DNA of 64,000 bases from Candidatus Kapaibacterium sp. (lineage in GTDB: Bacteria > Bacteroidota > Ignavibacteria > Kapaibacteriales > UBA2268), in contig OY761611.1 in the NCBI GenBank assembly GCA_963664875.1, positions 32,001 through 96,000 of the forward strand, written 5' to 3'. The number at the start of each line of letters is the position of its first letter. Position 1 is the first letter of the stretch. Below the pieces are notes generated by a model. That model was not told where the DNA came from. It searched no databases and was given only the letters and a program-made list of their open reading frames with translations. The position numbers and the translations under genes were made by a program. Of the stretch, positions 29,843 through 40,026 are shown in pieces.

Positions 29843-30937
29843 TCAACCAAAAAGAGCGTCAATGTCATCCTGAGAAGCAGGACCATCAGAATCACCGAAC
29901 AGTGCATCAATATCATCTTGCGAAGCAGACGAATCAGTGTCATCCGAGTCATCAGCTGCAGGCGAATTGAATAGAGCATCAATATCGTCATTAGATGCCG
30001 GAGATGAATCATCTTCCATGTTAGAAAACAAAGCGTCAATATCATCCTGCGAAGCAGGAGAATTATCTACAGGTGGTTCAGGTTCGGCTTGTTTGTTTTC
30101 CTCTCCGGAAGCCATACTTTTTTCGTTTTCTCTTAGCAATTCTTCGATATCTGCATCTGCCGAGAAAATAGCATCTACCTGACCCTGTCTGACTTCTTTG
30201 TGTTCAATAGCTGAAACGGCTTCAGGATCAAATGCTATAGCTCTGTGCATTTTGGAAACGTTAGTGTTATCTACCGGACCTTCTTCTGCGTCAATCAAAT
30301 CCTGAATATTAGAATCCTGGAAATTTTTAAGTATTCTGCCGAGTTTTCCTTGGATTGTTTCCAAAAGGTTATTAACCGCAGCGATTTGCTGCGAAGTAAT
30401 ATCCTGCACCTGCAAAGACATCATAATCGAACTGGAGTCCATAGCGATGCTTTGAGTAAGCTCATTGGTTTCATCAACAATCTTCATCACACTTTGGTTT
30501 TTAGATTGCTTAAGGCTATTTATAGTTTTAGCGAGATGAGGCATTACCTCTTTCATGTTACTTCCTGAGTCAATACCTTTGTATATGATTTCAAGAAGTT
30601 TGAGGTGATTAGCCATTTTTTTGCTAACAATTTCGTTCAGTTTATTTGTGTTAGAAGTAATTATGTCTGATTTATATACCAAACCATCGACAATATCCAT
30701 AATTTCCGTAGTCGCAAGCTCAGTCGCTTCCGTTACTTTGGAAAGCTGCTTAGAAGCATTTGGCATTTTGGATAAATTTTCTTGGATAGAATGGTTAATA
30801 TCATCAAGTAAGGGTTGGATTTCACTTACAAACAGGAAAATTTCTTCTAAAAAAGGTATGACTCTTTGCCCAAGAACAAATAGTGCTCTCAGTTCATCAG
30901 CTTTTTTCAATAAAACTGAGACATCTTTATTATTCAT
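29843..30937 (-). CDS. cheZ: CheZ-like phosphatase with four C-terminal DDIDALF repeats
   Basis: TEATELATTEIMD, catalytic-type QVQDITSQQI (DxxxQ); lies between cheY and cheA. Confidence 0.75.
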   Translation of the reverse strand: MNNKDVSVLLKKADELRALFVLGQRVIPFLEEIFLFVSEIQPLLDDINHSIQENLSKMPNASKQLSKVTEATELATTEIMDIVDGLVYKSDIITSNTNKLNEIVSKKMANHLKLLEIIYKGIDSGSNMKEVMPHLAKTINSLKQSKNQSVMKIVDETNELTQSIAMDSSSIMMSLQVQDITSQQIAAVNNLLETIQGKLGRILKNFQDSNIQDLIDAEEGPVDNTNVSKMHRAIAFDPEAVSAIEHKEVRQGQVDAIFSADADIEELLRENEKSMASGEENKQAEPEPPVDNSPASQDDIDALFSNMEDDSSPASNDDIDALFNSPAADDSDDTDSSASQDDIDALFGDSDGPASQDDIDALFG

Positions 30938-30962
30938 AATCTGTCTCCGAATAAGAGGTTTG

Positions 30963-31337
30963 TTACTTGTTTAGTTGAGTTAAAATAGTTTCCATTTTTT
31001 CCTTTAATACCTGAGGAGTGAAAGGCTTAACAACATAGTTATTAACCTTAGCTTTTAGAGCTTCGATAATATCCTGTTTCAACCCACGAGTAGTAACCAT
31101 AAGTATAGGCAAATGCTTGAACTTGTCGCTGGAGCGAATAGCAACAGTGAGCTCTAAGCCGGTCATATTAGGCATATTCCAATCCGTAATAACAAAGTCA
31201 ATTGGACCTTCTTCCAATTTTGCCATAGCCTCATGACCATCACCTGCTTCTACCACGTCATTGTGACCAAAAGTTTTCAACGCATTGATTACAATTCTGC
31301 GCATAGTAGGGGAATCGTCAACAACTAAAAAACGCAT
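30963..31337 (-). CDS. cheY: Chemotaxis response regulator CheY
   Basis: VVDDSPTMRRI, TDWNMPNMTGLEL, YVVKPFT. Confidence 0.92.
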   Translation of the reverse strand: MRFLVVDDSPTMRRIVINALKTFGHNDVVEAGDGHEAMAKLEEGPIDFVITDWNMPNMTGLELTVAIRSSDKFKHLPILMVTTRGLKQDIIEALKAKVNNYVVKPFTPQVLKEKMETILTQLNK

Positions 31338-31384
31338 CCCTATTTTCCTCTAAAAATTTAATTAAAACTATTAATTTCATTGTG

Positions 31385-31750
31385 TTAAGAGAGAAACTTA
31401 GCCACTTCGTACTGAATTCTTTTAGTATTGAAAGGTTTAATCAGATACGAATTAGCTCCTGCATCGAGCCCGGCATTTATATCTTCATCTTTAGAAAGCG
31501 AAGACAAGATAATAATGGGCAAATCTTTGTATTCGGCAGATTCTCTAATCGTTTTTATTAGTTTTAAACCATCTATATTAGGCATATTCAAATCAGTTAC
31601 CAGCAGATCTATATTCTCAGTTGGAAGCTTTTCAAGTGCATCCATACCATCAACAGCAGGTATTACCTTGTATCCTTTGATTTTCAGAGCCAAAGTGATA
31701 AACTTTCTTACTGCAGCTGAATCTTCGGCAATTAAAATTGTTTTTGGCAT
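31385..31750 (-). CDS. Single-domain response regulator (second CheY-like)
   Basis: AEDS, TDLNMPNIDG, YLIKPF. Confidence 0.88.
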   Translation of the reverse strand: MPKTILIAEDSAAVRKFITLALKIKGYKVIPAVDGMDALEKLPTENIDLLVTDLNMPNIDGLKLIKTIRESAEYKDLPIIILSSLSKDEDINAGLDAGANSYLIKPFNTKRIQYEVAKFLS

Positions 31751-31809
31751 TGTCTTTTCTCGAAATTACTTAATCTTTCTTTTTTGATGAAATTAAATGA
31801 TAGTAATGC

Positions 31810-32733
31810 TTAGTCTTTTTTGTAAGCCATCGCTTTTGGCAAGTGCACCAGCTTGAATGCTTTAGTGATACCGTGCAATGATTCGGAATAGCCTATAAAT
31901 AAATAGCTTCCTTTGTTCATTGCATTGTATAGGTTGTTCACCACTTTTTGCTTCGATGGTATATCAAAGTAAATCAATACATTACAGCAAAAAACAACGT
32001 CGCAGCTTGTTACCAATTTTGTTTGATTCGCATCGTACAGATTGATATTCATAAATTTTACCATCTGCTTGATTTCGTCGCTGAGTATAAAGTTATGTCC
32101 CTGCTTTTTGATATATTTACTCATGTAAAGCGGCGGGATATTCCTTACTGCATATTCTTTAAAAACGCCTGATCTGGCTTTGTCTAATACTGCATTATTT
32201 ATGTCGCTTGCCAATATTTGGAATTTTACGTTCGGGAACATTGGCTGAATTCGTTCTTTGATGATAATAGCCAATGTATAGGCTTCTTCACCTGTGGAAG
32301 ATGCAGCACTCCATATCCTAAAGACAGGATTGAACAAATCCTTTTTGGCTTTCAGTATTTCCGGCACAATCAGTTGCTCGAATGCATCAAATTGCTGTGG
32401 TGCCCTGAAAAAATATGTTTCATTTATTGTGATGGCCTCAAAAAGGTCATTCATTTCTACTCTACCATTTGGAGAGTCTATGAACGTTAAATACTCTTCG
32501 AAAGAATTCATATTGCGTGCCGCAATACGTTTTGCAATTCTTCCCTCTAACAGGTATTTTTTACTTTCTGTGAAATAAATGCCACTGAGTCTGTAAATTA
32601 AGTCTCTCATATTGGCAAATGTATCATCACTCATCATAAGTTTTTTCTCCGTAGGTAATGACGAGAGACCCGGTTTGACTGAGCCTATAGCAGGTTTTGC
32701 CTTGTTTCCAAATTTGAATAGTTGAGAAGCCAT
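31810..32733 (-). CDS. cheR: Chemotaxis methyltransferase
   Basis: TINETYFFR, IWSAASSTGEEAY, CCNVLIYF, GYSESL. Confidence 0.95.
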   Translation of the reverse strand: MASQLFKFGNKAKPAIGSVKPGLSSLPTEKKLMMSDDTFANMRDLIYRLSGIYFTESKKYLLEGRIAKRIAARNMNSFEEYLTFIDSPNGRVEMNDLFEAITINETYFFRAPQQFDAFEQLIVPEILKAKKDLFNPVFRIWSAASSTGEEAYTLAIIIKERIQPMFPNVKFQILASDINNAVLDKARSGVFKEYAVRNIPPLYMSKYIKKQGHNFILSDEIKQMVKFMNINLYDANQTKLVTSCDVVFCCNVLIYFDIPSKQKVVNNLYNAMNKGSYLFIGYSESLHGITKAFKLVHLPKAMAYKKD

Positions 32734-32768
32734 AAATTTAATACTCTCAGGAAATAAAAATAATGATT

Positions 32769-34136
32769 TTAAATTAGTTCGTCTAAGATCTCTTTTGCGT
32801 AGTTGCCCGAGTCACTTTCTTCCTGAGCTAAAATTTGCAAATCTTCTCTTAGAGAAATAATACTTAGCTGACTGATTAGGTCCAGCACTTCTTTTTTGTA
32901 TTTATTATCTTCGCCTTGGAGTATGGAGCTTAACTTACTGTCCAGTCTCTCTGAATCTAATTTGCGTACTAATTCGATTACTGCAGAAGTACTTCCTTTC
33001 GGGTAATCTAATGCAGCGTATAAAATTGATGTCAATAGGTTATTGACGTTTTCCTCAGGCAATTCATGCCAGAATTGTGCTAATAATCCTACAAATTCTA
33101 CTTCGCTTCCGTCAGGCGCATGCTGGCTGAAGTAAGCATTGAAAAATGAAGTTATTACTTCATCAGGGCTATTCATTGCCAATACCGAAAGTATATGCAG
33201 CTGAGTGTCCTGATTGTTTTGTGCTACTTCATTGAGCAAAGAAGAAATGTCTTCCTGCCTATAGCTATCACCCAAAGCCACAAGACCGGCACCTCTGATT
33301 TCCAAATCTTCGTCCAATAAAGCATTCTGAGCTATATATCTAAGCTCTAAAGGGAGCTCTATTTCCTGCTCTAATCTAAAAGCAATAGCGTAAATTGTTT
33401 TTAGTATTATTGGCTGCAGTTCTTGGCTGATTGAAGGCAATTCTCCCAAAAGCTCGTAGCATAGTGACATATCTTCGCCGCTATAAGCTATAGCGTCTAT
33501 AGCTGCAAACTTTGTAAATGATTCCTCATTAGATCGTATTATCGAAATCAAAAAGTTTTGTGCTTCTTCTCCGCCGATTTTGCCGAGAGCATCTATAATA
33601 TTTGGGCGAAAATCTTCATTTCGCTCGTAGAGTTCTGTAAAGGCATCTATTGCTGCAGCACTTCCAATATTGCCGAGAGCTTCGATAGCCGAAGCTACGC
33701 AGTTGGAATCTTCGTCGTTTAGCAAAGGTAATATATATTCTATTTCGCTTTCACCGGCAGAAAGTCCGATAATGTCGCAAGCATATTTGCGAACATCCAT
33801 ATCGCTGTCGCCCAGATAAGGTAGGAGAGAGTTTACTGAATGTTGACCCAATTTTAGCAGAATATCGCCTGCCAAATTTCTGATTTCTATATTGCCGATA
33901 GTAATCAAATCAGAAATTGCTTCGGCAGCTACATGAGCCATAGTAGGGCAGACATTCATCAGAGCACGTGAGCATATATCTCTTATGCCTCGATCTTCAT
34001 CTTTAAGCCCTTGTGCAAATGCATTGATAGAATCTTGGTTACATTCACCAACATCCAATATATTTTGTGCTGCTAATAGCCTTTCATTTGGATCTTCCGA
34101 GTTTCGGAAAATGTGCAATTGAGTAGATAAATCCAT
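32769..34136 (-). CDS. HEAT-repeat protein
   Basis: Repeated L.D.D..VR..A...LG units. Confidence 0.85.
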   Translation of the reverse strand: MDLSTQLHIFRNSEDPNERLLAAQNILDVGECNQDSINAFAQGLKDEDRGIRDICSRALMNVCPTMAHVAAEAISDLITIGNIEIRNLAGDILLKLGQHSVNSLLPYLGDSDMDVRKYACDIIGLSAGESEIEYILPLLNDEDSNCVASAIEALGNIGSAAAIDAFTELYERNEDFRPNIIDALGKIGGEEAQNFLISIIRSNEESFTKFAAIDAIAYSGEDMSLCYELLGELPSISQELQPIILKTIYAIAFRLEQEIELPLELRYIAQNALLDEDLEIRGAGLVALGDSYRQEDISSLLNEVAQNNQDTQLHILSVLAMNSPDEVITSFFNAYFSQHAPDGSEVEFVGLLAQFWHELPEENVNNLLTSILYAALDYPKGSTSAVIELVRKLDSERLDSKLSSILQGEDNKYKKEVLDLISQLSIISLREDLQILAQEESDSGNYAKEILDELI

Positions 34137-34278
34137 AATTAACTCTTTATGTCTTACACTAATATTTAGACGACTTCAACAGATAAAATTGTTCAAACTG
34201 TTGTTTTTTATGTCTTAATGCTCATTAATATTTATCGACAAGCATATTGGAAAAAACGTACCTGTTTCAAAATAATTT

Positions 34279-35703
34279 TTAACTTATATTTTTTCCGGTA
34301 ATATTTATTCCTAATTGCTCAATTCTGTACCTAAGTTTAGCTCTTGAAACTCCCATTAGCTTTGCAGCTTTGATTTGATTACCGTTAGTAATCTTAAGGG
34401 TTTGTATTATCAAATCTTTGATAATATTACCCATGGCAGCTCCGTTGCGAGAAATTTTCAGATAGTGCTGACCTTCGGCAAGTTCTACTGTTTCGTGGGA
34501 AGATACTTCCAAAGTGCTACCGATTGATTTCAAAAAGCTAAGTGAGTCTTTTGTGATTATCTCATTGGTTTCGAGCAAGATTACTCTCTCGATGGCATTC
34601 CTCAGTTCCCTGACGTTTCCCTTCCACGCATAAGTATTGATAATCGTAGCAGCTTCGGGAGAAAAGCCTGTTACATTTTTGCCAAACTTCTTGTTAAATT
34701 CTTTTACAAAAGCAGTAGCCAATTTGATTTTATCATCGCCTCTCTCTCTCAGAGCCGGCAAATTGATTACAGCAACATTCAATCTGTAAAACAAATCTTC
34801 TCGGAATTTGCCTTCTTTCACCAATTCTTCTAAATCTCGGTTTGTAGAAGCAACCACTCTAACGTCAACAGAAATTTCTTTCTGTCCGCCAAGTCTATAA
34901 AATCTTCTTTCCTGCAAGACTCTTAGTAGTTTGACCTGAAGCTCTAAACTTAATTCGCCAATCTCATCTAACAAAATAGTTCCGTGTTGTGCCTGTTCGA
35001 ACTTTCCTTGTTTGATTTTCTCCGTCGCACCTGTGAAAGCACCACGTTCGTAACCGAATAGCTCATTTTCAGCGAGTTCGTGAGGTATTGCACCACAGTT
35101 CACGGTGATGAAAGGACCTTTTGATCTTGGTGAATTGTCATGTATATAGCGGGCTATCAATTCCTTACCGGTACCTGACTCTCCAAGAATGAGAGCAGTT
35201 GTGTCGTCAGCACCTGCGATGATTTTACTCATCTCCAGAGCTTTCATCATGCCAATACTTTCGCCAAGTATTTCGCTTGGTGTTTCCTGTTTTACCTGTT
35301 CGGATAGAACCTCAACTCTTCTTTTTAAATCATAATTTTGGAGGGCACGCTCAACAGAAACCTCCAATTGTTCCAAATCGATAGGTTTAGTGATGAAATC
35401 TTCTGCACCTAATTTCATAGCTCTGACAGCCATTTTGATGTCAGAAAACGCAGTCATAATTATGACAGGCATCTGGTAGCCTTGTTTGCGGAGTTGTTCT
35501 AGTATATCCAGTCCGTTCGCATGACCTAAAAATATATCTAACAGAACCAAATCCGGGCCTATTGTATGCATTTCGTCTTGCGCCTTCTGAGGATCGGTGT
35601 AAGTTTCTACACGTGAAAATTTTGAAGACAAAATATCTCCAAGAGTCGAATTAACTAATGGGTCGTCTTCTATTACTACAATTGTGTAATTTTGTTTTGC
35701 CAC
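34279..35703 (-). CDS. Sigma54-dependent NtrC-family response regulator
   Basis: REC; GESGTGKE; GAFTGA; LDEIGE; WKGNVREL; Fis-type HTH. Confidence 0.95.
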   Translation of the reverse strand: MAKQNYTIVVIEDDPLVNSTLGDILSSKFSRVETYTDPQKAQDEMHTIGPDLVLLDIFLGHANGLDILEQLRKQGYQMPVIIMTAFSDIKMAVRAMKLGAEDFITKPIDLEQLEVSVERALQNYDLKRRVEVLSEQVKQETPSEILGESIGMMKALEMSKIIAGADDTTALILGESGTGKELIARYIHDNSPRSKGPFITVNCGAIPHELAENELFGYERGAFTGATEKIKQGKFEQAQHGTILLDEIGELSLELQVKLLRVLQERRFYRLGGQKEISVDVRVVASTNRDLEELVKEGKFREDLFYRLNVAVINLPALRERGDDKIKLATAFVKEFNKKFGKNVTGFSPEAATIINTYAWKGNVRELRNAIERVILLETNEIITKDSLSFLKSIGSTLEVSSHETVELAEGQHYLKISRNGAAMGNIIKDLIIQTLKITNGNQIKAAKLMGVSRAKLRYRIEQLGINITGKNIS

Positions 35704-35730
35704 GTTTTCTTGCCGGGATTAGTTATAAAA

Positions 35731-36810
35731 TTAGTTTCTTGGTACAGGTAATTTGACATAAAAAGTAGTGCCTTCGCCGATTTTACTTTCCACATCAATT
35801 ATTCCGTTATGCTGGTGCATAATACGCTGGGTTATAGGCAAGCCCAAACCGGTTCCATCCGCTTTTCTGGTAAAGAAAGGATTAAAAATCTTTTGAAGAT
35901 CTTCCGGTGGAATGCCTACTCCGTTGTCTGTAATGGCTACAATGGCGAATTCCCCCTCGCCGTGCTTTGTAGCCGGTTCTGTATAAGTTTTTATTTTTAT
36001 ATTACCTTTAGTTTTGATTGCATCTGCAGCGTTTGTAATTAGATTTATAAACACTTGTTGCAGCTGTTTATTGTCTGCAGGAACCATAGGCAATTTTTCA
36101 TCAAAATCGAGTTCTACTATTATTTCCTTGCGTTTCAGCACAGATGACACTAACTCAAGGGTAGTAGGTATCAAATTATTCAGGTTTATTCCCTGAATAT
36201 CCGGCATAGCAGGGCGAGAAAAGTTTAAAGTTACTTCCACTATCCTTGCTATTCTATCGACCCCCTGCATAGCAGTTTCAACATATTTATATTCAGCAGC
36301 GGTCTTTTCGATATTTCTCTGTAGTATTTGCAAATTAAGATTTACAGCTGCTAATGGATTGCGAATTTCGTGTGCCACACCTGCTGATAATTGACCAAGA
36401 AGAACTAACTTATCTGCCTGGACAAGTTTATCAGTCAGAGCGTGCTGTTCGCTGACATCGCGAGCAATAGCCTGAATAAGTTTTTGACCGTTGTAATCTA
36501 CAAACCTCGCACTGACTTCCACCATCAAAGTGTCGCCGTTTCCTTTATCCAAGCTCAGCTCGGAAAGGACAATCGGAGAACTTGTTTTCTTTAATAATTT
36601 AAAGATACGTCTGAATTGAGGAAGAGTGGTTCCTATCAAATCATCTTTGGTTTTTCCCAATAAAGTAGCCGAGTAATCATTAGCGTCGAGCACGCTCCAT
36701 GATTCGGGTTGTACGATAAAAACTGCATCGGTAGCGTTGTCAAAAAATGATTTGTACCAAGCAAGTTTTTTCTCTAATTTTTCTATTTGTAAGTCTTTGT
36801 CAGAAAGCAT
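35731..36810 (-). CDS. Cytoplasmic PAS sensor histidine kinase
   Basis: PAS; AHEIRNPL; NLITNA; DNGVGI; FFTRKADGTGLGL; no TM segment. Confidence 0.93.
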   Translation of the reverse strand: MLSDKDLQIEKLEKKLAWYKSFFDNATDAVFIVQPESWSVLDANDYSATLLGKTKDDLIGTTLPQFRRIFKLLKKTSSPIVLSELSLDKGNGDTLMVEVSARFVDYNGQKLIQAIARDVSEQHALTDKLVQADKLVLLGQLSAGVAHEIRNPLAAVNLNLQILQRNIEKTAAEYKYVETAMQGVDRIARIVEVTLNFSRPAMPDIQGINLNNLIPTTLELVSSVLKRKEIIVELDFDEKLPMVPADNKQLQQVFINLITNAADAIKTKGNIKIKTYTEPATKHGEGEFAIVAITDNGVGIPPEDLQKIFNPFFTRKADGTGLGLPITQRIMHQHNGIIDVESKIGEGTTFYVKLPVPRN

Positions 36811-36814
36811 AAAT

Positions 36815-39001
36815 CTACTTTTTCTCAGGTATAGTCGGTTTATTAACTTCGTCAGTATTAGTACTGTCCTTCTTCAGATCCTTAAAAGGATTTTGGAAAT
36901 CTATCAAACCTTGTGGTTTTTTCAAATCCATATCTTTTATCAAAGTTTGAGGATTGTTGAATAAATCCTTTCCTTGTTGGAGCATTTGTTCTTTTTGTTG
37001 TTGCATCATTTCCTTTGGATTAGACTTTAACGGGTCAAATCCTTTAGGATTTTGTTGTGGCTGATTTGGATCTCCGATTGCATTTGGTCGTTTTAGTATT
37101 TGCTGTCCTTCGCCCGCTTTTTTACCTTTCTCCAACTTAAATGTATCAGGTGTTTTAGGTATAAACTTAAACTCCAGATTATCCTCTGTTCCGCTCTCCA
37201 CCGCTACTTTATATTTTGTGCTAAGCAAGACATCTGCGGCATATTCTGACTCAGGATACTCGCTGATTAGCTTTGCGTAGTATATTTTGGCACTATCGAG
37301 ATTGTCTATATCATTTTCGTAAGTCCAGCCAATAGAATATAATGATTTTGGAGCTAAAGTATGCTTAGGATATTTGGTATATAGCTTGAGGAACTGATCT
37401 ATTGCAAAATAAAATTCGCCGTATTTGCGGAGATCTGCTCCGGAATTATATAACTCAGCTACAGAGTCAATAACCATAGCCTCAGTAAAGCCTAAGAGCT
37501 TGCCTGCTTCTTCGGAATATTCGGTCAGAGGAAACTTATTAACAATTTCTTCTAAGATGGAATCAGCAACGTAAGGGTCTTTTTCTCTTACAATATGGGC
37601 ATAGTTAAAATAATATTTTGCTGATGTGGTATCGTTCGTAGGTGCCACTTCAACTGCCATTTTATAATAATAGAAAGCAGAATCGGGTTCCGCGAGCTTT
37701 TCCTGCACTCTTGCCAAATCGTAAAATGTAGAAGCTAATTTTGGACGCAAAGTATCGGGTACATATTCGTCTTTCTGCATTCTGATAAGTCCGGGCTCTG
37801 CTTCAGTTTTGAGCATATCCCAAATATTTACGTTGTAATATATATCATTAGATACATCAAAAACAGGGCTGCGGCTTGTGCGCGCTTTAGCGAAATATCC
37901 TCGTGAAGCAATCCATTCGTGATTGTTGAATTTGTCCATACCGCGTTCGTAGTAGTAGCAATTGAGAGCTGGGTTGCTGACAAAAGCTGAGTCTGCGTAC
38001 CTTTCATATTCCGGCATAGAGTTATTATCTTCCTGCAAACGTTTCGTCTGCATTCTTTCAATGTAAATGTAAGGCTTCCATTCTTCCCATTTTCTGTCAG
38101 AATCGAGGTCTGCGAGTATTTCTTCAGCAGCTTCGTATTCGCCTAACCTATTGAGGCAGGCAGCTTCATAAAGGTAAGATTCGAAAGTAGCAAGATAGTC
38201 GGGGGAGTATTCCCTTGCTTTAATAAATTCGGCTTTTGCTCTTTCAAATTTTCCCATTCTGTAGAGAAGTGCAGCCATGGCAACCTGCCATTCTGCTTTA
38301 TACTTACCGTTGTCTGTCTGAATGATTGCTTGTTTGTATGGTCGAAGTGCAGCCTCGAGATCTGCCTGATAAAGTGCAAGTTCTGCTTCGAGACGGAAGG
38401 CTTCGGACAAAATGTCGTAACGCTCTAACTGCCACGCAATATCCACAGTACGTGAAAGCATTATCTTACCGGGGTAAAATTTACGCTGAATTAGCAAAGT
38501 TTTTGACAGAAGCAAATGAGCATCCGGTGACCATTCACCATCGGGATATTTATCTATTAGCTCTCCGCATTTTATTTCGGCAGGCAACCATTCGTTTTTG
38601 TAAAAGAATGTTTTTGCCATTAGGTATAGCGTACCTTCGACATACTTGCTTTTAGGGTGTTTCGCCAAAATTTTGGAGCCCTTTATCAGCACAGAATCAA
38701 GCTTTACTTTTACTGGCTGTAGTTTTTCTTTTGCAATGATAAATCCTTTCAGGAAAGGAGGTGTGCCTTTGTCCGATTCCATTTTGGAATAAATCTCCGG
38801 GTCAGGAATATAAACATGGGGAGTAACACGCTCTTTCTCATCGAAATAAGAAAATTCGTCTTCACTTTTAGCCATTAGGGCTTCTGCGTTGTAATATGTG
38901 TTGAAGTAGGTAGTAAAATTATCGTACTGCCTACATCCTGCCAGTATAATTACTGATAAAGAAAATATAAGAAAATGTATTTTATATTTAGATAAAAGCA
39001 T
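36815..39001 (-). CDS. TPR lipoprotein (SprE/PorW-like N-terminus)
   Basis: ATG at 39001, lipobox ILAGC, NFTTYFNTYYNA, many TPR-like repeats with YP.S motifs. Confidence 0.7.
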   Translation of the reverse strand: MLLSKYKIHFLIFSLSVIILAGCRQYDNFTTYFNTYYNAEALMAKSEDEFSYFDEKERVTPHVYIPDPEIYSKMESDKGTPPFLKGFIIAKEKLQPVKVKLDSVLIKGSKILAKHPKSKYVEGTLYLMAKTFFYKNEWLPAEIKCGELIDKYPDGEWSPDAHLLLSKTLLIQRKFYPGKIMLSRTVDIAWQLERYDILSEAFRLEAELALYQADLEAALRPYKQAIIQTDNGKYKAEWQVAMAALLYRMGKFERAKAEFIKAREYSPDYLATFESYLYEAACLNRLGEYEAAEEILADLDSDRKWEEWKPYIYIERMQTKRLQEDNNSMPEYERYADSAFVSNPALNCYYYERGMDKFNNHEWIASRGYFAKARTSRSPVFDVSNDIYYNVNIWDMLKTEAEPGLIRMQKDEYVPDTLRPKLASTFYDLARVQEKLAEPDSAFYYYKMAVEVAPTNDTTSAKYYFNYAHIVREKDPYVADSILEEIVNKFPLTEYSEEAGKLLGFTEAMVIDSVAELYNSGADLRKYGEFYFAIDQFLKLYTKYPKHTLAPKSLYSIGWTYENDIDNLDSAKIYYAKLISEYPESEYAADVLLSTKYKVAVESGTEDNLEFKFIPKTPDTFKLEKGKKAGEGQQILKRPNAIGDPNQPQQNPKGFDPLKSNPKEMMQQQKEQMLQQGKDLFNNPQTLIKDMDLKKPQGLIDFQNPFKDLKKDSTNTDEVNKPTIPEKK

Positions 39002-39171
39002 ATCAATCCCGCATAATTCTTGAATAATAGCTCTCTTGGACAAACTATCACTCCATATTACCGCAATATAATAAAAATTGGCTAATATTAGCAACAATTC
39101 AATCAAACGGAAAGAAATAAGTGATATTTTATTTCAAGTTTATTTTGGTAATATACACGGGTAATACCGGC

Positions 39172-39981
39172 TTAGTTCATGGCAGTAAAGGCTCGTGACT
39201 GCACTTCGGATACCAAATTACCCGTAAGTTCGGTTAGCCTTTGAGAATTGAGCCTGATGTTTTGTTCGAGTTCTCGTATTTTATTTTTGAGCTTGAGTTT
39301 TCTGGATGTCACCCAAAAGGCATCTTTAAGCTTTTCGTTTATCTTGAAAGCATCGGAGTTTTTCAAATCTTCTATTTTTTGCTTTTCTCTTTGGATTTGT
39401 ATTTCAAGCTGTTTGATTTCAGTTCGCAAAGAAATTTCTTTAAGCTTTGGAGCTGCTATTTGCTCTTGGGTGTTTTCGCATAGTGCTGTATAAAACATCC
39501 TAAGCCTATCCAGATTCTTAGTTCTGTAAGCTTCCTGCACATTATTCCAATACTTATCAAAAAGCTCTGAGTTGCCGTTTGCGTCCGGGTGTAGTTTTTT
39601 TACTAACTGACGGTAAAGCTGAGGAATTTCGTAATTAACATTAACGTCGCAATTGTCATGATTTGGCTGAGAGTTTGAGGAAAATTCCTTTTCAACTACA
39701 ACATCTACCATATTGAGAGTACGCTGCGAAATCCTTTCACCTCTTTTGATTTTGCCGGTGAGAATTTCGAGCCTCCTTTCCAACTCGGAATGTTGCCTTG
39801 ATTTTTTTTTCAATTCTGATTCCAATTTACCAAATACAGTGTCATAGGTAAACAGCAAAGCGGGTTTTACCTCATGATTAAGTTTAAACCAATCGTCTAA
39901 TATATTTAGCAACTCTTGTTTGTATTGCTCTTTTTGTTGCAAAAGATCGCTTACAACAGAGGAACCTGAATCTTTAAACAT
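39172..39981 (-). CDS. Coiled-coil protein with central J-domain-like segment
   Basis: LYRQLVKKLHPD...VQEAY. Confidence 0.7.
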   Translation of the reverse strand: MFKDSGSSVVSDLLQQKEQYKQELLNILDDWFKLNHEVKPALLFTYDTVFGKLESELKKKSRQHSELERRLEILTGKIKRGERISQRTLNMVDVVVEKEFSSNSQPNHDNCDVNVNYEIPQLYRQLVKKLHPDANGNSELFDKYWNNVQEAYRTKNLDRLRMFYTALCENTQEQIAAPKLKEISLRTEIKQLEIQIQREKQKIEDLKNSDAFKINEKLKDAFWVTSRKLKLKNKIRELEQNIRLNSQRLTELTGNLVSEVQSRAFTAMN

Positions 39982-40026
39982 ATTTTACTTCTCCTTTCGT
40001 TTTGCGTTTGTGTCCGTCCGTGGTTA

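Noticed and set aside
34231-34262. Possible sigma28 promoter on the - strand before the HEAT gene (GTCGATAA)
   Set aside because: The -10 is plausible but there is no TAAA -35 at the right spacing; too weak to call
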